From positions 43,400,001 to 43,464,000 of the forward strand of contig OX597838.1 in NCBI GenBank assembly GCA_951406725.2: a DNA stretch of 64,000 nt. The letters are read 5' to 3'. The notes below the pieces were generated by a model. That model made no database searches and was not told the origin of the DNA. It saw nothing but the letters and a program-made list of their open reading frames with translations. Shown here piece after piece: positions 1 to 12,545 of this stretch; the first letter of the stretch is position 1, and every line of letters begins with the position of its first letter. The DNA comes from Octopus vulgaris. Lineage: Eukaryota. Made by a program: the position numbers and the translations under genes.

Positions 1-600
1 AAACCACTGAAAATTGTATTGATGGTTCTTGTAAATATTTTTTGTCTAATTCCAAGTACATTGTCATAATTCCCATTTCGAAATCTTCACAACAGACAGA
101 TAGTATTACCCTTGTATAAATTATCTTTACTTCAATATTGCAGTGTTACAACACTACCCCCACCCCCAACAACTTGCCAATATTTGAAGACATCATCTTC
201 TCTTGTCTTGGTTGTTGCACAGTTCTTGTGAATAAAGATAGGACAAACAAAAAAGAAAAAAAACCTTTTGGCTTTCAATCTTTGATACCGACTGCTGTTT
301 CCCCCACCCCTCTACTACTACTGCTACACATACACACACACACACATACACACACACACACAACGTGCCAAAGTCTGGCATTCATCACCACAGTTCTTTG
401 GTTGGGGTTATTTTTTTTATATATATATATTGAACCAACAACCTCTACAGCTGTTTCGCAGTGTACACTTTCTGATTTCATTCCATTTCTCATGTTTTCT
501 CATTCTTAATATTTTACACTACCATAAATAATAAAATATATATATATATTCTCAACTTACATTGTCCCTTTTTTATATTTTCCTTTTGTTCATTTATATA

Positions 601-643
<43 letters not shown>

Positions 644-1640
644 ACGACCAACTGTAAAAGTAAAAACAGGTACAACGCATTGCTAGAAACACCAGTGACC
701 CATTTGTTGTGTTTTACCTACCAGAATTGAATGAACTGAAAAGTTGTGTGTGTGTGTGTACCTCACAAAATATTTTCTATTAAAGGGTACACACGAACGT
801 GACAAACGAAGCTTATTGTGTAAAATCAAAAACCTTATCGAGCAGCCAGCAGCTATGATGCACGTGTGCATATGGTGTGTGTGCGCCCCTCGATGTATTT
901 TGCATTGAAAGACACGAATCTGCTATAATAATACTCTTGTATATTTCTCCGTCACAACATATGAACGAGAAAGGAAGGGGTAATTGATGAATGAGGAAGG
1001 AAGGGGTGATGGCAAACTGGAAGTGGAATGGTGAACATTCAACGCTAAAAAGAAAAATCAAACAGCGTTTCAACTCTGTGTGTGTGTATGTGTGTGCGTG
1101 TACAAGGGAAGTATGTGGATGTTTGTATCTGTGATTATTATGTACCGTATTTTGTGCCTTATTTATATATAACCGTCATTTTTATCTGCACGGGACCACT
1201 CGTGTAATAATATTTAACGTATACAATGAGAAGATCTTAGACCAGCCAACAGCTATGGTGTATGTATATGTAGTGTGTATGTGTATATAGTTTCTGAATG
1301 TATATATGTACGCATATATGTGTGTGTAGTTCTGTACGAAAATGTATGCGAGCGTCTTTATATGTATGTGTATATAAATTGATTTTGTTTGTAAGTTAAT
1401 CTGTGAACAGACGCGAAGAAGAAGACAGGTCGGGGAGAACGAACCGGAGTGTTTGGTCATAAAATATATGGGGAGTCACAGGCACGCGCATACATCAACA
1501 CGAATAGAGAGAAAGACACAACGTAGTTTGGTGGAGTTGTCGCCTGTAAAAGAAATAACATCAAATATTAAGTTGTGTGTGTGTATGTATATGTATGCAT
1601 GTATATGTGCATGTGTGTATATGTGTGTGTGTGTATGGGT

Positions 1641-1932
1641 GGAGGCGCAGTGGCCCAGTGGTTAGGGCAGCGTACTCGCGGTTGTAGGATCGCGGTTTCG
1701 ATTCCTAGACCGGGCGTTGTGAGTGTTTATTGAGTGAAAACACCTAAAACTCCACGAAGCTCCGGCAGGGGGCGGTGGCGATACCTGCTGTACTCTTTCG
1801 CCACAACTTTCTCTCACTCTTTGGCCTGCTCGCTTCGCCAGTGGAGTGGCGTCATTTGAAGGTTAAATGCGAAGCGCATTGTGACCAGCGATGTGTAGCA
1901 ACATCTGATAGCCTGGTCGGTCACGGTGACGG

Positions 1933-1935
<3 letters not shown>
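1641..1935 (+). mobile_element. tRNA-derived SINE, family A
   Basis: Head GGAGGCGCAGTGGCCCAGTGGTTAGGGCAGC with A box (TGGCCCAGTGG) and B box (GTTTCGATTCC); homologous copies at 4087 and 20978. Confidence 0.8.
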
Positions 1936-1972
<37 letters not shown>

Positions 1973-2137
1973 GTATGCATGTATATATATGTGTATGTAT
2001 GTGTGTATATATATATAATATATGTGTGCCTATAAGTATGTATATATGTGTGTGTATATATATGTTTATGTATGTGTGTATAAAGCCAGGAGGTATGAGA
2101 AATGAACGTATATTCATTGAACCACGTGACATCCATA

Positions 2138-2292
2138 GGGTTACGGCTGTTTCGCAGCCTTCATCTAGTATTGATTTCAGTATGGAAGAAATTATGCTTA
2201 CAGGTTTGCTTTAATATGTGTGTTCAGCATTTTACAATACAATTGTATATTCACAAATTGATGCAAGTTAAGAAAGCCAGCTCATCAGTTGA
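2138..2292 (-). ncRNA. Degenerate split hammerhead-like motif with ~128 nt stem II insert
   Basis: Minus strand CTGATGA-GCTGGCTTTC...GAAGGCTGC-GAAA-C-AGCC-G-TA; stem II base pairs, stem I poor. Confidence 0.45.
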
Positions 2293-2349
2293 CCGGAACA
2301 TCGGGGTTACACCGATTTTACTTCTTTGCAATTGGTCGCTATGTGTAGC

Positions 2350-2409
<60 letters not shown>

Positions 2410-2411
2410 CG

Positions 2412-2442
<31 letters not shown>

Positions 2443-2443
<1 letters not shown>

Positions 2444-2654
2444 CGAGAGGCTGCTGAAAAGTTGCTGGCTTTAAGGGTATCGTGAAAGACTTGGTTGGAG
2501 ACTCAACCTTCCGAGGTCTTTCTACAGGACTTAGAAAAATAATTGAAGGACCCCTGCAATAAGTGTGTGAATCTGAGAGAGGAATATCTTAAATTAACTG
2601 ATCCTCCTGTATTTTGTTTTACCCGAAGCCAGAAACTTTTCAACACTCCCCGTG
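2443..2654. mobile_element. mariner-derived MITE / internally deleted mariner
   Basis: Imperfect TIRs TACGAGAGGCTGCTGAAAAGTTGCTGGCTT ... AAGCCAGAAACTTTTCAACACTCCCCGTG, in TA context. Confidence 0.7.
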
Positions 2655-2759
2655 TGTATATTTATGCGATATATACACGCACACGTATTCACAAACACAC
2701 ACTCATACAGACGATATACGCAGCTGGCACATAGACCCACATATTCGAGCACACGAGTA

Positions 2760-3390
2760 CTCACACATAGCTGATAGGTACCCACACTTGTAGATACACA
2801 CACTCTAGCAAACGCACTCACGCACCAACGAATCAAGGGCTGCTCGTGGAAAGCCCTTAAAATCACGGAGACTCTGACCACTAGAGCAAGTGCCCTCTCC
2901 ATATCGTCTGCAGGCGCATTTTTAGAGTAGGCCCGTTCACTCGTACTATTCTTGCCATACTCACCCACCTTTTAACAAAATTGCCGGGAGGCAGCACATC
3001 TCTCTCTCCCTTCACTTTCCTTTTCAAGTAAAACTTGAAAAAGTTGATGAGGGCTTGACCAAAGAAGAAAGTATCTGTCTTCAGCTCTTTCAATCTGGTT
3101 CACTGCACAACTTCTTTCGCTAAGGCCACCAGACTCAGAACACTGTCTGCCCTTCTCGGCCAAAGGAATGAGGCGGGATGACCTTCACAATGGACTCGAC
3201 CGATAGCCGGATCCACGTAACAGCAGGTGTTTGATATAAACCCACAAGTCAGCAATGCCCGGACACTGGACGAGAGCGTGCAGAACAGCTTCGTCACCCT
3301 TCGCGCATCCCGAGGGAGCCCGGCTGACAGCTCTTCCATTCTTGTAGAGATATTCTTGAACTGGCAATGTCCCCCAGTATCACTGCCAGG
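2760..3390 (-). mobile_element. Tx1/L1-like LINE 3' end fragment (ORF2 C-terminal zinc-finger region), decayed
   Basis: Frameshifted peptides CAKGDEAVLHALVQCPGIADLWVYIKHLL and LINFFKFYLKRKVKGER...FVKRW resemble L1/Tx1 ORF2 C-terminus. Confidence 0.65.
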
Positions 3391-3935
3391 CCAAGGATTG
3401 CTGGAAATTATTCATAGACCTCCAGAACTGACCAGCAAGTTGATTCTCATCGATGTCCAGTTTCTCCCCAAATCTTTTCGTTGCCTTTCTTGTATTTTTG
3501 GTCTTTGTCACAAACAATGGCCACTGACGAAACGAATCGAATCCTATTTTCAAACGCCAAACATGCAAAAACTTTTGAATGGATTTCTTTGAACACCAAC
3601 AGAAACAAGACAAACTTGCTACATTTTTTTTTTCTGGTAGAACTGAAGAATTTTCTCAGAGAAAAGAATGGAAAGCATTTCTCAGTGTGAAGAAGTAATC
3701 ATTTCTGAGTTAACATTATCAACGCAAAAAAAATAAACAAAACCAAAAAACAGCAATTGTAGTTTGTACTTATTCTTCACAATCTTATTCAACCGGAAAA
3801 ATCAAAGAAAAACATCAAGTGTTGGAATCAATGACTGGAACCCACGAGACAAAGTGGAAGCAAGGAAGACTGAAGAACATTCTGGAGAGAAACTGCTGCA
3901 AAAGAGAGGATGTGAATCACAGCCATCGACAGTAT

Positions 3936-3970
<35 letters not shown>

Positions 3971-4086
3971 AGGAGGAAAGGGAACTGTGTGATGCTAGGA
4001 ATGGTATCTTTGCTCCACTGGTTTGTCTGATCGGTAAAGACTGACCTCTAAACCCATACAACAACAACAACAGCAGCAACAACAGT

Positions 4087-4280
4087 GGAGGCGCAATGGC
4101 CCAGTGGTTAGGGCAGCGGACTCGCGGCCGGAGGATCGCGGTTTCGATTCCCAGACCGGGCGTTGTGTGTGTTTATTGAGCGAAAACGCCTAAAGTTCCC
4201 CGAGGCTCCGGCAGGGGCTGGTGGCGACCCCTGTTGTACTCTTTCGATCCAACTTTCTCTCACTCTTTCTTCCTGTTTCT
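4087..4280 (+). mobile_element. tRNA-derived SINE, family A (3' truncated)
   Basis: Same head and A/B boxes as 1641. Confidence 0.8.
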
Positions 4281-4829
4281 TGCCCCCGACTTCCTACGCA
4301 TTCATCCACCCGTCGATGCTCTCGGTGTCGAGGGTTGACCTGCTTTCTCTTCTGCGGGTCTTACGAATAGCAAAGGACCACGTTTCGGACTTCTCCCACC
4401 CTGGGACGAAGATCGCTTTGCTCAACAAACAAACAAGCAGCAACAACAGCAACACCTATGTTATACGTTCGGTTGTGATTCTATTGTACTTCCTGTTAAT
4501 CTAGGGCAGCTGTAGTTACATATTGACACGAACCATTCCAAATATGCCACTCTTACCGAAAAACCCGTTGCATTCCTTCGAAAGCAACGTTGGAATTCCC
4601 GTCAACTTGTCAGTCTTTTATGGAATTCTGCTCGGTTGGTTATTGTCTATTGATACATTTTCTTTTTACTAACTAAATCAGTTCGGCAATTACTTACAGC
4701 AGTCGAGCGTGTTAACCTTTAACTGTAGACAACCCAAAATGTTAGTCATTTTAATATATGTGTATGTACCTGCGTGTGTGCGTGCGTGCGTGCGTGCGTG
4801 TGTGTGTAAACATGTATATGTGTGAATAT

Positions 4830-4887
<58 letters not shown>

Positions 4888-5324
4888 TATACATATGCAT
4901 ATATGGGTACAGGACGTCATAAAACATAAACAACATGAAATACGAAAATATGGATACGAACTTTTTTTGCGAACAACGAGAGAAACAAGACAAGTAGCAT
5001 AAAGAACGACTCTTCATCAGTTGTCCGCTGTTTTATCTACTCCACATTTCGAGCAATTACGACAAGATGTGTCTTCAAGAAAACAGTTGCTCCCGCAAAG
5101 CAAATTAAAATTTTGGGATTTGCAGAGGGTCAAAGTTGATAACAAAAACAGGACAGTGAAAACAAACAGGGCTGCTAAGCGCATGAACTTCTTGGATGCA
5201 CGGAACATTTGTATGGACTTACTGCGTTTAGAAAGTAGTCTTAGTCGTTCACTAGTGTCCTGTTAAACTGTTAATTCCATTTCTCTCTCTCCCCATTTCT
5301 CTTTCTCTCTTCATTTTTTCCTCT

Positions 5325-5460
5325 CGTCCCTTTCTGCCGAAGGACGTACGCTCGAAACGTTAACGGCTTTTCCATTCTTCCCGCATGTTAAACTAATATA
5401 CCTGCTTGTTGTTCCCTCACCACTCTTCGTCTTTTGTTTTCTGTAAATTTGAACTATATA
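5325..5460 (+). mobile_element. Short pLTR-like repeat ending in (TA)n
   Basis: Homologous to reverse-strand copies at ~30200-30340 and ~43320-43450; CCGAAG...CTCGAAACGT motif; all abut (TA)n. Confidence 0.55.
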
Positions 5461-5526
5461 TACATACATAAGTGCGTGTGTGTGTGTGTGTGAACGTGCA
5501 TGTATGTTTATAATAATAATAATAAT

Positions 5527-5724
5527 AATAATGATATTTTATAGGCTTAAAGCTTATAAGCGATCATCGTGTAATGACTAAAGAAAATATAGTCTAATAT
5601 TGGGGCATATAAGCCCTCGACGAAAAAAAGTAGGGTTTTCGTACGCATGGGATTTTTAGACTATTTTCTCTAGTCATTACGCGGGGATCGCTTATAAGCT
5701 TAAAGCTTATAAAATATCATTATT
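5527..5724. repeat. ~70 bp inverted repeat (5527-5597 / 5656-5724) next to (TAA)n
   Basis: Arms are imperfect reverse complements, e.g. AAGCTTATAAGCGATC / GATCGCTTATAAGCTT. Confidence 0.9.
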
Positions 5725-5804
5725 TACAGAATTCTAAAAATCGACACTGCTTACCAAAAATTCATAAGAAATAATAAAAACCGATGGTTGTGTTTTTATC
5801 TTGT

Positions 5805-5844
5805 ATTTCAATATTTCGGGATTTAGACCTCCTTTTCAGGAAAT
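5805..5844 (-). ncRNA. Ultra-minimal hammerhead-like motif with G8A change
   Basis: ATTTC-CTGAAAA-GGAGGTCTAAATCCC-GAAA-TA-TT-GAAAT; 5 bp stem I, palindromic AATATT in place of stem III. Confidence 0.45.
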
Positions 5845-6564
5845 CCGAAGATTGTTTTAGCTTAGGGGAAAAAGGCATTTATCTATATCAGACAATGTTT
5901 CGTGCAAACTATATTATTCTACCCCACCCCACGCAACCACCACTACGCATGCGGATGTAAAGAAGGCCTGTGTTCTTGAGTCAGCGAACACCAAAATGTA
6001 ACAACGATGACTGATGGATCGGAGAAATGGTTAAGGAACAATATTGATTTTGACGATGACCATTTATTCAATATGAATTATGATGTTAGTCGTTGCAATA
6101 AACGACATCGTCGCTTCGTTGTGTGTTCGCATTGTTTGTAAAGGTAGCCAAATGTTGTCTGTGGATCCATGGTTCATCCTGTGAGAGAGCAGGTTTCATC
6201 TCTGTGCTACGAGAGAGAAAGAGAAAGACAGGCTAAACGTGGCAGAGACAGCTAGAGATAATGAAAGGAGCAAAAAATTTGCTCCTTGGCCAGCGGCCTT
6301 ATTGATCGATAGAAAGAGATAACTAAACTGCTTGTGTTTTTATATGTTTGCTAATTTAAAGTTGGTCAATTTAAAACAATAGAAGGTCTCCAGAATTATC
6401 TTTCGGACTCTTCCATGACCAGAGAAAGATCAAAAGGTCAACCCTTTCTCATTAATCTCTAAGTGCTGAGAGGAGAAAACAAAAGACCGGAAATTTGTTT
6501 GAAAATTAATAAAAATGTGAATTCGGTTCCGAATCCTTTTGGCCACACTGTAACTGGTCGCTAA

Positions 6565-6650
<86 letters not shown>

Positions 6651-6684
6651 TTCTCCCCTCTCTCCCTCCCTATATATATATATA

Positions 6685-6895
6685 TAATTATTTGAGAGAA
6701 TATTAATCCTAACTTACAGGGAAAAAAATTCAATTTAGAAATACTAAATCAAATTTTACACAATATAATACATATATATAAAAATCAGAAAAAAACACCT
6801 TTTGTCAATTCAAAATTACACCATCTAGAAAATTACATATAATAATTACATACGTTTTGAATTGATAAAAGGTGTTTTTTTCTAATTTATATATA
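6685..6895. mobile_element. Tail plus inverted-repeat element (arms 6774-6815 / 6855-6895) in (TA)n
   Basis: Tail (AACTTACAGGGAAAAA...AATCAAATTT) matches reverse complement of 28030-28095 next to the Penelope relic. Confidence 0.6.
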
Positions 6896-6924
6896 TGTAT
6901 ATGTATAACGAGAGTGAGAGAGCG

Positions 6925-6966
<42 letters not shown>

Positions 6967-7272
6967 ACATTTATTTAACCATTGGAAATTGTTATATCAC
7001 AACACTTGTTTTGCAACTTAAAACATGAATGGATGATTTATTTTATTACATTTTATGGTAAGTAAATTACTTACATCTCTGCATTGATATAAACAATCTT
7101 TAAATTAATGCAGATATTAAGCGAGCTCATCGGATTAGAAGAAAACTCTACGCACTCCTTATCTTGTATATTTTCTCTTGTATCGAACTATATAATCTGT
7201 GTTTTGTAGAATGGTACATTAAGAAGCTTTTTTCGATGAGTCCCACCACTGGATCAGTTGAATCCATATATT

Positions 7273-7317
<45 letters not shown>

Positions 7318-7319
<2 letters not shown>

Positions 7320-7478
7320 GATGGGTTTCTTTCGGTCTCCGTCTAACAAATCCACTCATAAGGCCTCGGTCGGCCTGAGGCTACGGTAGAAGACACCCAC
7401 CCAATGTGCTACGGCGTGGCACAGTGAAAATGTGTTATGGTTGGGAAGCAAGCTTCTTGCCAGACAGCCACGCCTGAG
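7318..7478 (-). mobile_element. SINE family B, 5' half
   Basis: Reverse complement of GGCTGTGTGGTAAG...GGATTTGGTAGACGGAAACTGAAAGAAGCCCGTCG family. Confidence 0.7.
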
Positions 7479-7589
7479 ACTTGTCCTCTTGCATAAAAAT
7501 AAGTTGTATTCACCTTAACCAACTGTAAACTGTTCCAGTTCTTATAAAAGTCAGAATCTGCTGAAAGCCCTGCTTCCAGATAAATAAAT

Positions 7590-7751
7590 GGCGTGGTTGT
7601 GTGGTAAGAAGCTTACTTACTTCCCAACCACATGGTTTCGAGTTCAGACCCACTGCGTGGCACCTTGGGCAAGTATCTTCTAGTATAGCCTCGGGCCGAC
7701 CAAAGCCTCGTGAATGGATTTGGTAGATGGAAACTGGAAGAAGCCGGTCGT
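7590..7751 (+). mobile_element. SINE family B, 5' half
   Basis: tRNA-like head, GGATTTGGTAGATGGAAACTG core, followed by (TA)n. Confidence 0.8.
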
Positions 7752-7783
<32 letters not shown>

Positions 7784-8149
7784 GCTTCATGCAGGCATAA
7801 CATGGATTCGATCCTCGAACGCCAAATTTCACTTAAGAGTTCAACAACACTTTTCTCACGGTAAAACAATAGCTTTTCTGTGAGTGACAGAAGTTACATT
7901 TGCCAGATGCCTTTGCTAAGCAGAATAATGTCTTTGCCAGTTGATCCTTCTAACTTCTTCTAGGCCACCAAAAGCCAGAATAGAGATAACAGAACCCCAA
8001 CGAAATCTATTGTTCTCAAAATAGCTTCTTGCTAGTTTTGGATAGTTATAAATACTAGAACTTGGTAAGGCAAAATCAGTTAGAGAGAGCAACATTTAGT
8101 GAACGGACAACTAGAGTCATGGCCACAAGCGGGCAGCCGCTAAAGACAA

Positions 8150-8236
8150 ACGGCCAGAGCGAGAAAGAAGGATAGAATCGCCAGAGCGAGAAAGAAGGAT
8201 ACAATCGCCAGAGCGAGGAAGAAGGATAGAATCGGC
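8150..8236 (+). repeat. 27 bp tandem repeat, about 3 copies
   Basis: CGCCAGAGCGAGAAAGAAGGATAGAAT repeated. Confidence 0.85.
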
Positions 8237-8731
8237 GACTCTGAGACACAACTTCACTCGACTCTCTCACTCTCAGTTTCTTTTCTCCTGAATCTTACTC
8301 CATCTCTGGCTGTAGGTGGCCACCACACAATGGCAAGAACACAAACACCAACTATATACAGGAAGAAGTTAACTTCTTTTATCTCGCATGCCCTTCCACT
8401 TATATCACACACCTGCCCTTCGAGGTATGGCATTGTGTCAGGTAACGGTGAATAAATATTTGTTTACAACTTCGATCACTGTTCTTCTTTTATCTTGCAC
8501 ATCTGCAACAGCAACACCCGTTGCAACTGGCAACAGCCGGCACCAACATTATATCATAATACCAACCGCTACTACTGGTGACCACTGACTACCACCTTAG
8601 TAAAACCGTTACACACACATACACATATACATACACACATACATACATACATACATATATACATACACACACACACACACAAACAAACACACACATACAC
8701 ATACATACATACACACACATACATACATACA

Positions 8732-8765
<34 letters not shown>

Positions 8766-9911
8766 CATACATACATACATACATTCATACATATACACAC
8801 ACACATATATATATAGATAAATAAATAGATAGATAGATACAGACATACATACATACCTGCGCGCGGGCTTGTATGTATGTGTCTCCCTCCCCTGCCTGAC
8901 AACAAGCGTTGGTGTGTTTATGTCCCGTAACTTAGCGGTTCGGCAAAAGATATCGATAAAATAAGTATTAGGTTTAAAAAAAAAAGTACTGGGATCGATT
9001 TATTCGACCGAAAATTCTTCAAGGCGATGCCCCAGCATGGCCGCTGTCAAATGAAATAAACAAATAAATAAATAAAGGAATGAATGAATAGATAAAGGTT
9101 TGTATTTTGTGAGGATATCAAAGTCCGTTCGACCTACATTTTGTTTTAAAGAAATAATCGATGACAACCTGTTGAAAATTTAAAATTGATCCCCATAAAA
9201 AGAAAGCCGTCAGCTGCAGTGAACAACCACCACGCCCTTCGCCTCCTCAAACCATTCATATCTATTACTTTACCTAGAAATTGTTGGAATGTCATTCTTA
9301 AACGTTGGCCTTCCATACATTTCGTTGTATTGTGCAAAGTGTCTATAAAATTATAAAGATGACGAGTTTGCTCGCGACGGCATGCAGAGGGATTGAACTC
9401 CAAACCCTGTTGTTTGGAAGCAAACTTTTTATCACACAACCCTGCCTGTATGTGTGTGTGTGTGTGTATGTGTGTGTGTGTGTGTGTAGTGATAATAATC
9501 TTTTCTATTATAGGCAAAAGGTCCGAAATTTGCGAGGAGGAGGGGGGTAAGTCGATTACACCGACCCCAGTGCGTAGCTGGTACTTATTTAATCGACCCC
9601 GAAAGAATGAAAGGCAAAGATCATCCATGTAGAGCAAATGTTTAATTTTTCTCTTCCTATTTCTGGCCTTTGCCTTCCTTCATACGAAACTAACGAGGAG
9701 GATCAACCATAAAACAAACATTGAAGGGGTCAACGAGCTTCCTTGAGAAATTCCTCTCTTGGTATCAACTTTCCTAAAGACTGAGTCACCCGAGGAGAGA
9801 TCTACTTTCTATTCCTTCATGCCAAAGCTAATTAATTCTCTTATGCTGTCTGCCATACTGAATACACTCAAAAATTCACTTCTCCATGAATGCGGGGTCA
9901 TGTCATAGGTT

Positions 9912-10296
9912 TGGCTGTGTGGTAAGTAGCTTGCTTACCAACCACATGGTTCCGGGTTCATTCCCACTGCGTGGCATCTTGGGCAAGTGTCTTCTACTAT
10001 GGCCTCGGGCCGACCAAAGCCTTGTGAGTGGATTTGGTAGACGGAAACTGAAAGAATCCCGTTCTATATATGTATATATATATATATATATGTGTATATG
10101 TCCCCCCCCCAACACCGCTTGACAACCGATGCTGGTGTGTTTACGTCCCCGTAACTTAGCGGTTCGGCAAAAGAGTCCGAGAGACTAAGTACTAGTCTTA
10201 CAAAGAATAAGTCCTGGGCTCGATTTGCTCGACTAAAGGCGGTGCTCCAGCATGGCCGCAGTCAAATGACTGAAAGAAGTAAAAGAGGTAAAAGAG
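9912..10296 (+). mobile_element. SINE family B, full bipartite copy with internal microsatellite
   Basis: 5' half + (TA/TG)n + 3' half ending CAGCATGGCCGCAGTCAAATGACTGAAAGAAGTAAAAGAG; about 15 full or partial copies in window. Confidence 0.85.
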
Positions 10297-10299
10297 ATA

Positions 10300-11440
10300 T
10301 CCATGATTTTTCTTTTTAGACCTTACTTTATTTAGAACTGTTTTGTGTGTGTATAATAGATCATGCGTTCCTCTAGCCTTCTTCCTGCAACCTTTCTGTT
10401 CTTCTAACAGTAAATTCTAGTCGTCGAGGTGCTCGTAAATGCTTTCTGGAAGCACTCCTGTTAACAGCCACACTAATGGTAAGCAAGTGATTAGTCTATA
10501 ATTGCTAGTTATCTATTTACCCTTGCACTTATCTATTCATAAAGAGTATCGTCCTCCCTCTAGTCATCCAATCTGGTATTATTCCTCCGTTAAGGCAATC
10601 CTGAAGTTGTTCCCTCAGCCTCCCATGTAAATTACTAAATTTCTTTAGCCAGTACCCTTGAAGTAAATCTGGTCCTGGGCCCTTCCAATTCGGCATTTTC
10701 CCTAATACTTTACTCATTAATGCACAAGTTAGTCTTAGATTTGGTTGCTTTTCACTCTCTACTTCTTCCCCCACTTTATTTAACCATACTGCATCTCCAT
10801 TATGATTGACTGGCTTATCCCAAATATTACTCCAGAACTTTCTAGCTTCTTCTGCATTAGGTTTCTCATCTTCACTACTTCGTTCTCCACTATTTATTTG
10901 GTTATAAAATCTTATCTGATCTGTCTCAAATAATCTATTCTGTTGATACTGATCTATTCTTTTTCTGATATCTAGAGAGCTTGCCTGCTACTTCTATGAT
11001 ATGCTGTTTCAGCTCTTCTATTACTGTCCAAAACCCTTTCTTTTTGACTAAGTATCTTTTCTTAAGGGAAGATTTACATCTTATGTTTCCTAACTTGTTC
11101 AGTTTCCAGGCTTCTATTCGACCCAAATCTTATCTTAAATTCTCTTTATTTTATCGTCTCTTTTCCACATTTGCTCTTTTTAATCATTCCCTGTGAGATA
11201 GCTAATCTTCTAGTGACTACTGCCCCTCCTTACAGAGATCAATAAGTTAGTGTCTCCTATATTTTTAGTATCTATCCTATCGATAACATAATCTACTTTC
11301 CTAGTCATTTCTAGCAGCTTCCTTCCTTTTATTGCTGGCAATCTTTTTCTTACTTCTCTACTCATTATTTCCTGCAACTCATCTAAAATCTGATCTTCAC
11401 TTAAATCACTTAAGTCGCTGGTGCCAGTCGTCCATTCCGT
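10300..11440 (-). mobile_element. R4/Dong-like non-LTR retrotransposon, pre-RT/RT N-terminal fragment, decayed
   Basis: KMPNWKGPGPDLLQGYWLKKFSNLH...IPDWMTRGRT and NYRLITCLPL motifs; starts beside (TAA)n. Confidence 0.8.
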
Positions 11441-11451
11441 AATGGTAGCGC

Positions 11452-11530
<79 letters not shown>

Positions 11531-11531
<1 letters not shown>

Positions 11532-12300
11532 GAGCTACTTATTTTGGTGGATATGATGGAAAGTGTCAGCTGTCCACAGCCGGCAGACTAAGGTGACACT
11601 TGTTTACTAGACATGCTTCAAGAACCCTGCCAAGAATTCTTGCAGTTCCAAGCAATGCTTATTTTTCTAGGTGTTCTACCTTCAAACTTGTACCAATCTT
11701 TTTCAGTCATACTGATAGTTGAGTGCTGATACTTCCAACTGCACCAATTACTACTGGTATCATGTCTACTCTCCTCGTTGACCTCAACCTTCCTATTTCC
11801 CACTTCAAATCATCATAGTTGTTCAATTTCTCTTCTTCTTTCTCTTTGATCCTGTTGTCATCGGGTCATGCTATGTCGATTATCATGTATGTTCTTTCTT
11901 TTTTAATTCACTTCAACAATGTCCAGTTTCCGATGTCTGCTCGGGTGATCGCACTGGGTCATTGCATCCCACAGGATTTTGCAATTCTCATTTTTGGTTT
12001 GCTGATACCACGTCTTTCCTCTTTGTAGGCCGTGATGTCCACAGAGCTCCCAATGGATCATTCTTGACACATGGTCATGGCATCTTTTGTTATCACGTTG
12101 TGCCAATTTCGGGCATTTCCTAACGTTGTTCCATACCGTTTCACCCCTCTCACCGCACATTCTGCATTTGTCGCTATAGGAAGTGTAGTCTATTCTGCAC
12201 TTCAAATAGTTGATCCTTAACGCTTGTTCTTGAGCTGCGCATATGAGTGCTTCTGTCTCTGTTTTCAGGCTACTCCTCCTTATCCATAGCCTGAACAAAT
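11531..12300 (-). mobile_element. R4/Dong-like LINE 3' end (CCHC + restriction-like endonuclease) ending in (TAA)n
   Basis: ETEALICAAQEQAL, CRMCGERGETV..C, KILWD, RKLDIV; 3' end runs into (TAA)n at 11453-11530. Confidence 0.85.
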
Positions 12301-12374
12301 ACTGCAGATTTTTTTTCCAACGCCGTAATAAATTCTAACTGTTCGCCGCCTTGTCTTGTAATTAATTACCCTTT

Positions 12375-12545
12375 CTACGATAGATATAAAGCCTGAAAAA
12401 CTGGGGGAGGGGTAAGTCGATTACCTCGACCCTAGTGCATAACTGGTACTTATTTCATCAACTCTGAAAGGACGAAAGGCAAAGTCGACCTTGATGGAAT
12501 TTGAACTCAGAACGTGAAGACAGACAAAACACCGCTCAGCACATT
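12375..12545 (-). mobile_element. SINE family D fragment
   Basis: ACTGGTACTTATTT..GAAAGGCAAAGTCGACC..GGAATTTGAACTCAGAAC; copies at ~9500, 20065, 20250, 36950, 37420-38000, 41085, 51205. Confidence 0.7.

Noticed and set aside
1641-1720. tRNA genes at SINE heads
   Set aside because: No complete cloverleaf or terminator; each continues into a shared SINE body
4905-5070. Minus-strand GAAA...CTGATGA arrangement (similar one at ~39945-39985) as a permuted hammerhead
   Set aside because: No usable stem III/UH cleavage triplet or stem I could be drawn
8150-8236. CRISPR-like array (also 13372-13495)
   Set aside because: Contiguous tandem units with no unique spacers, eukaryotic context, no cas genes
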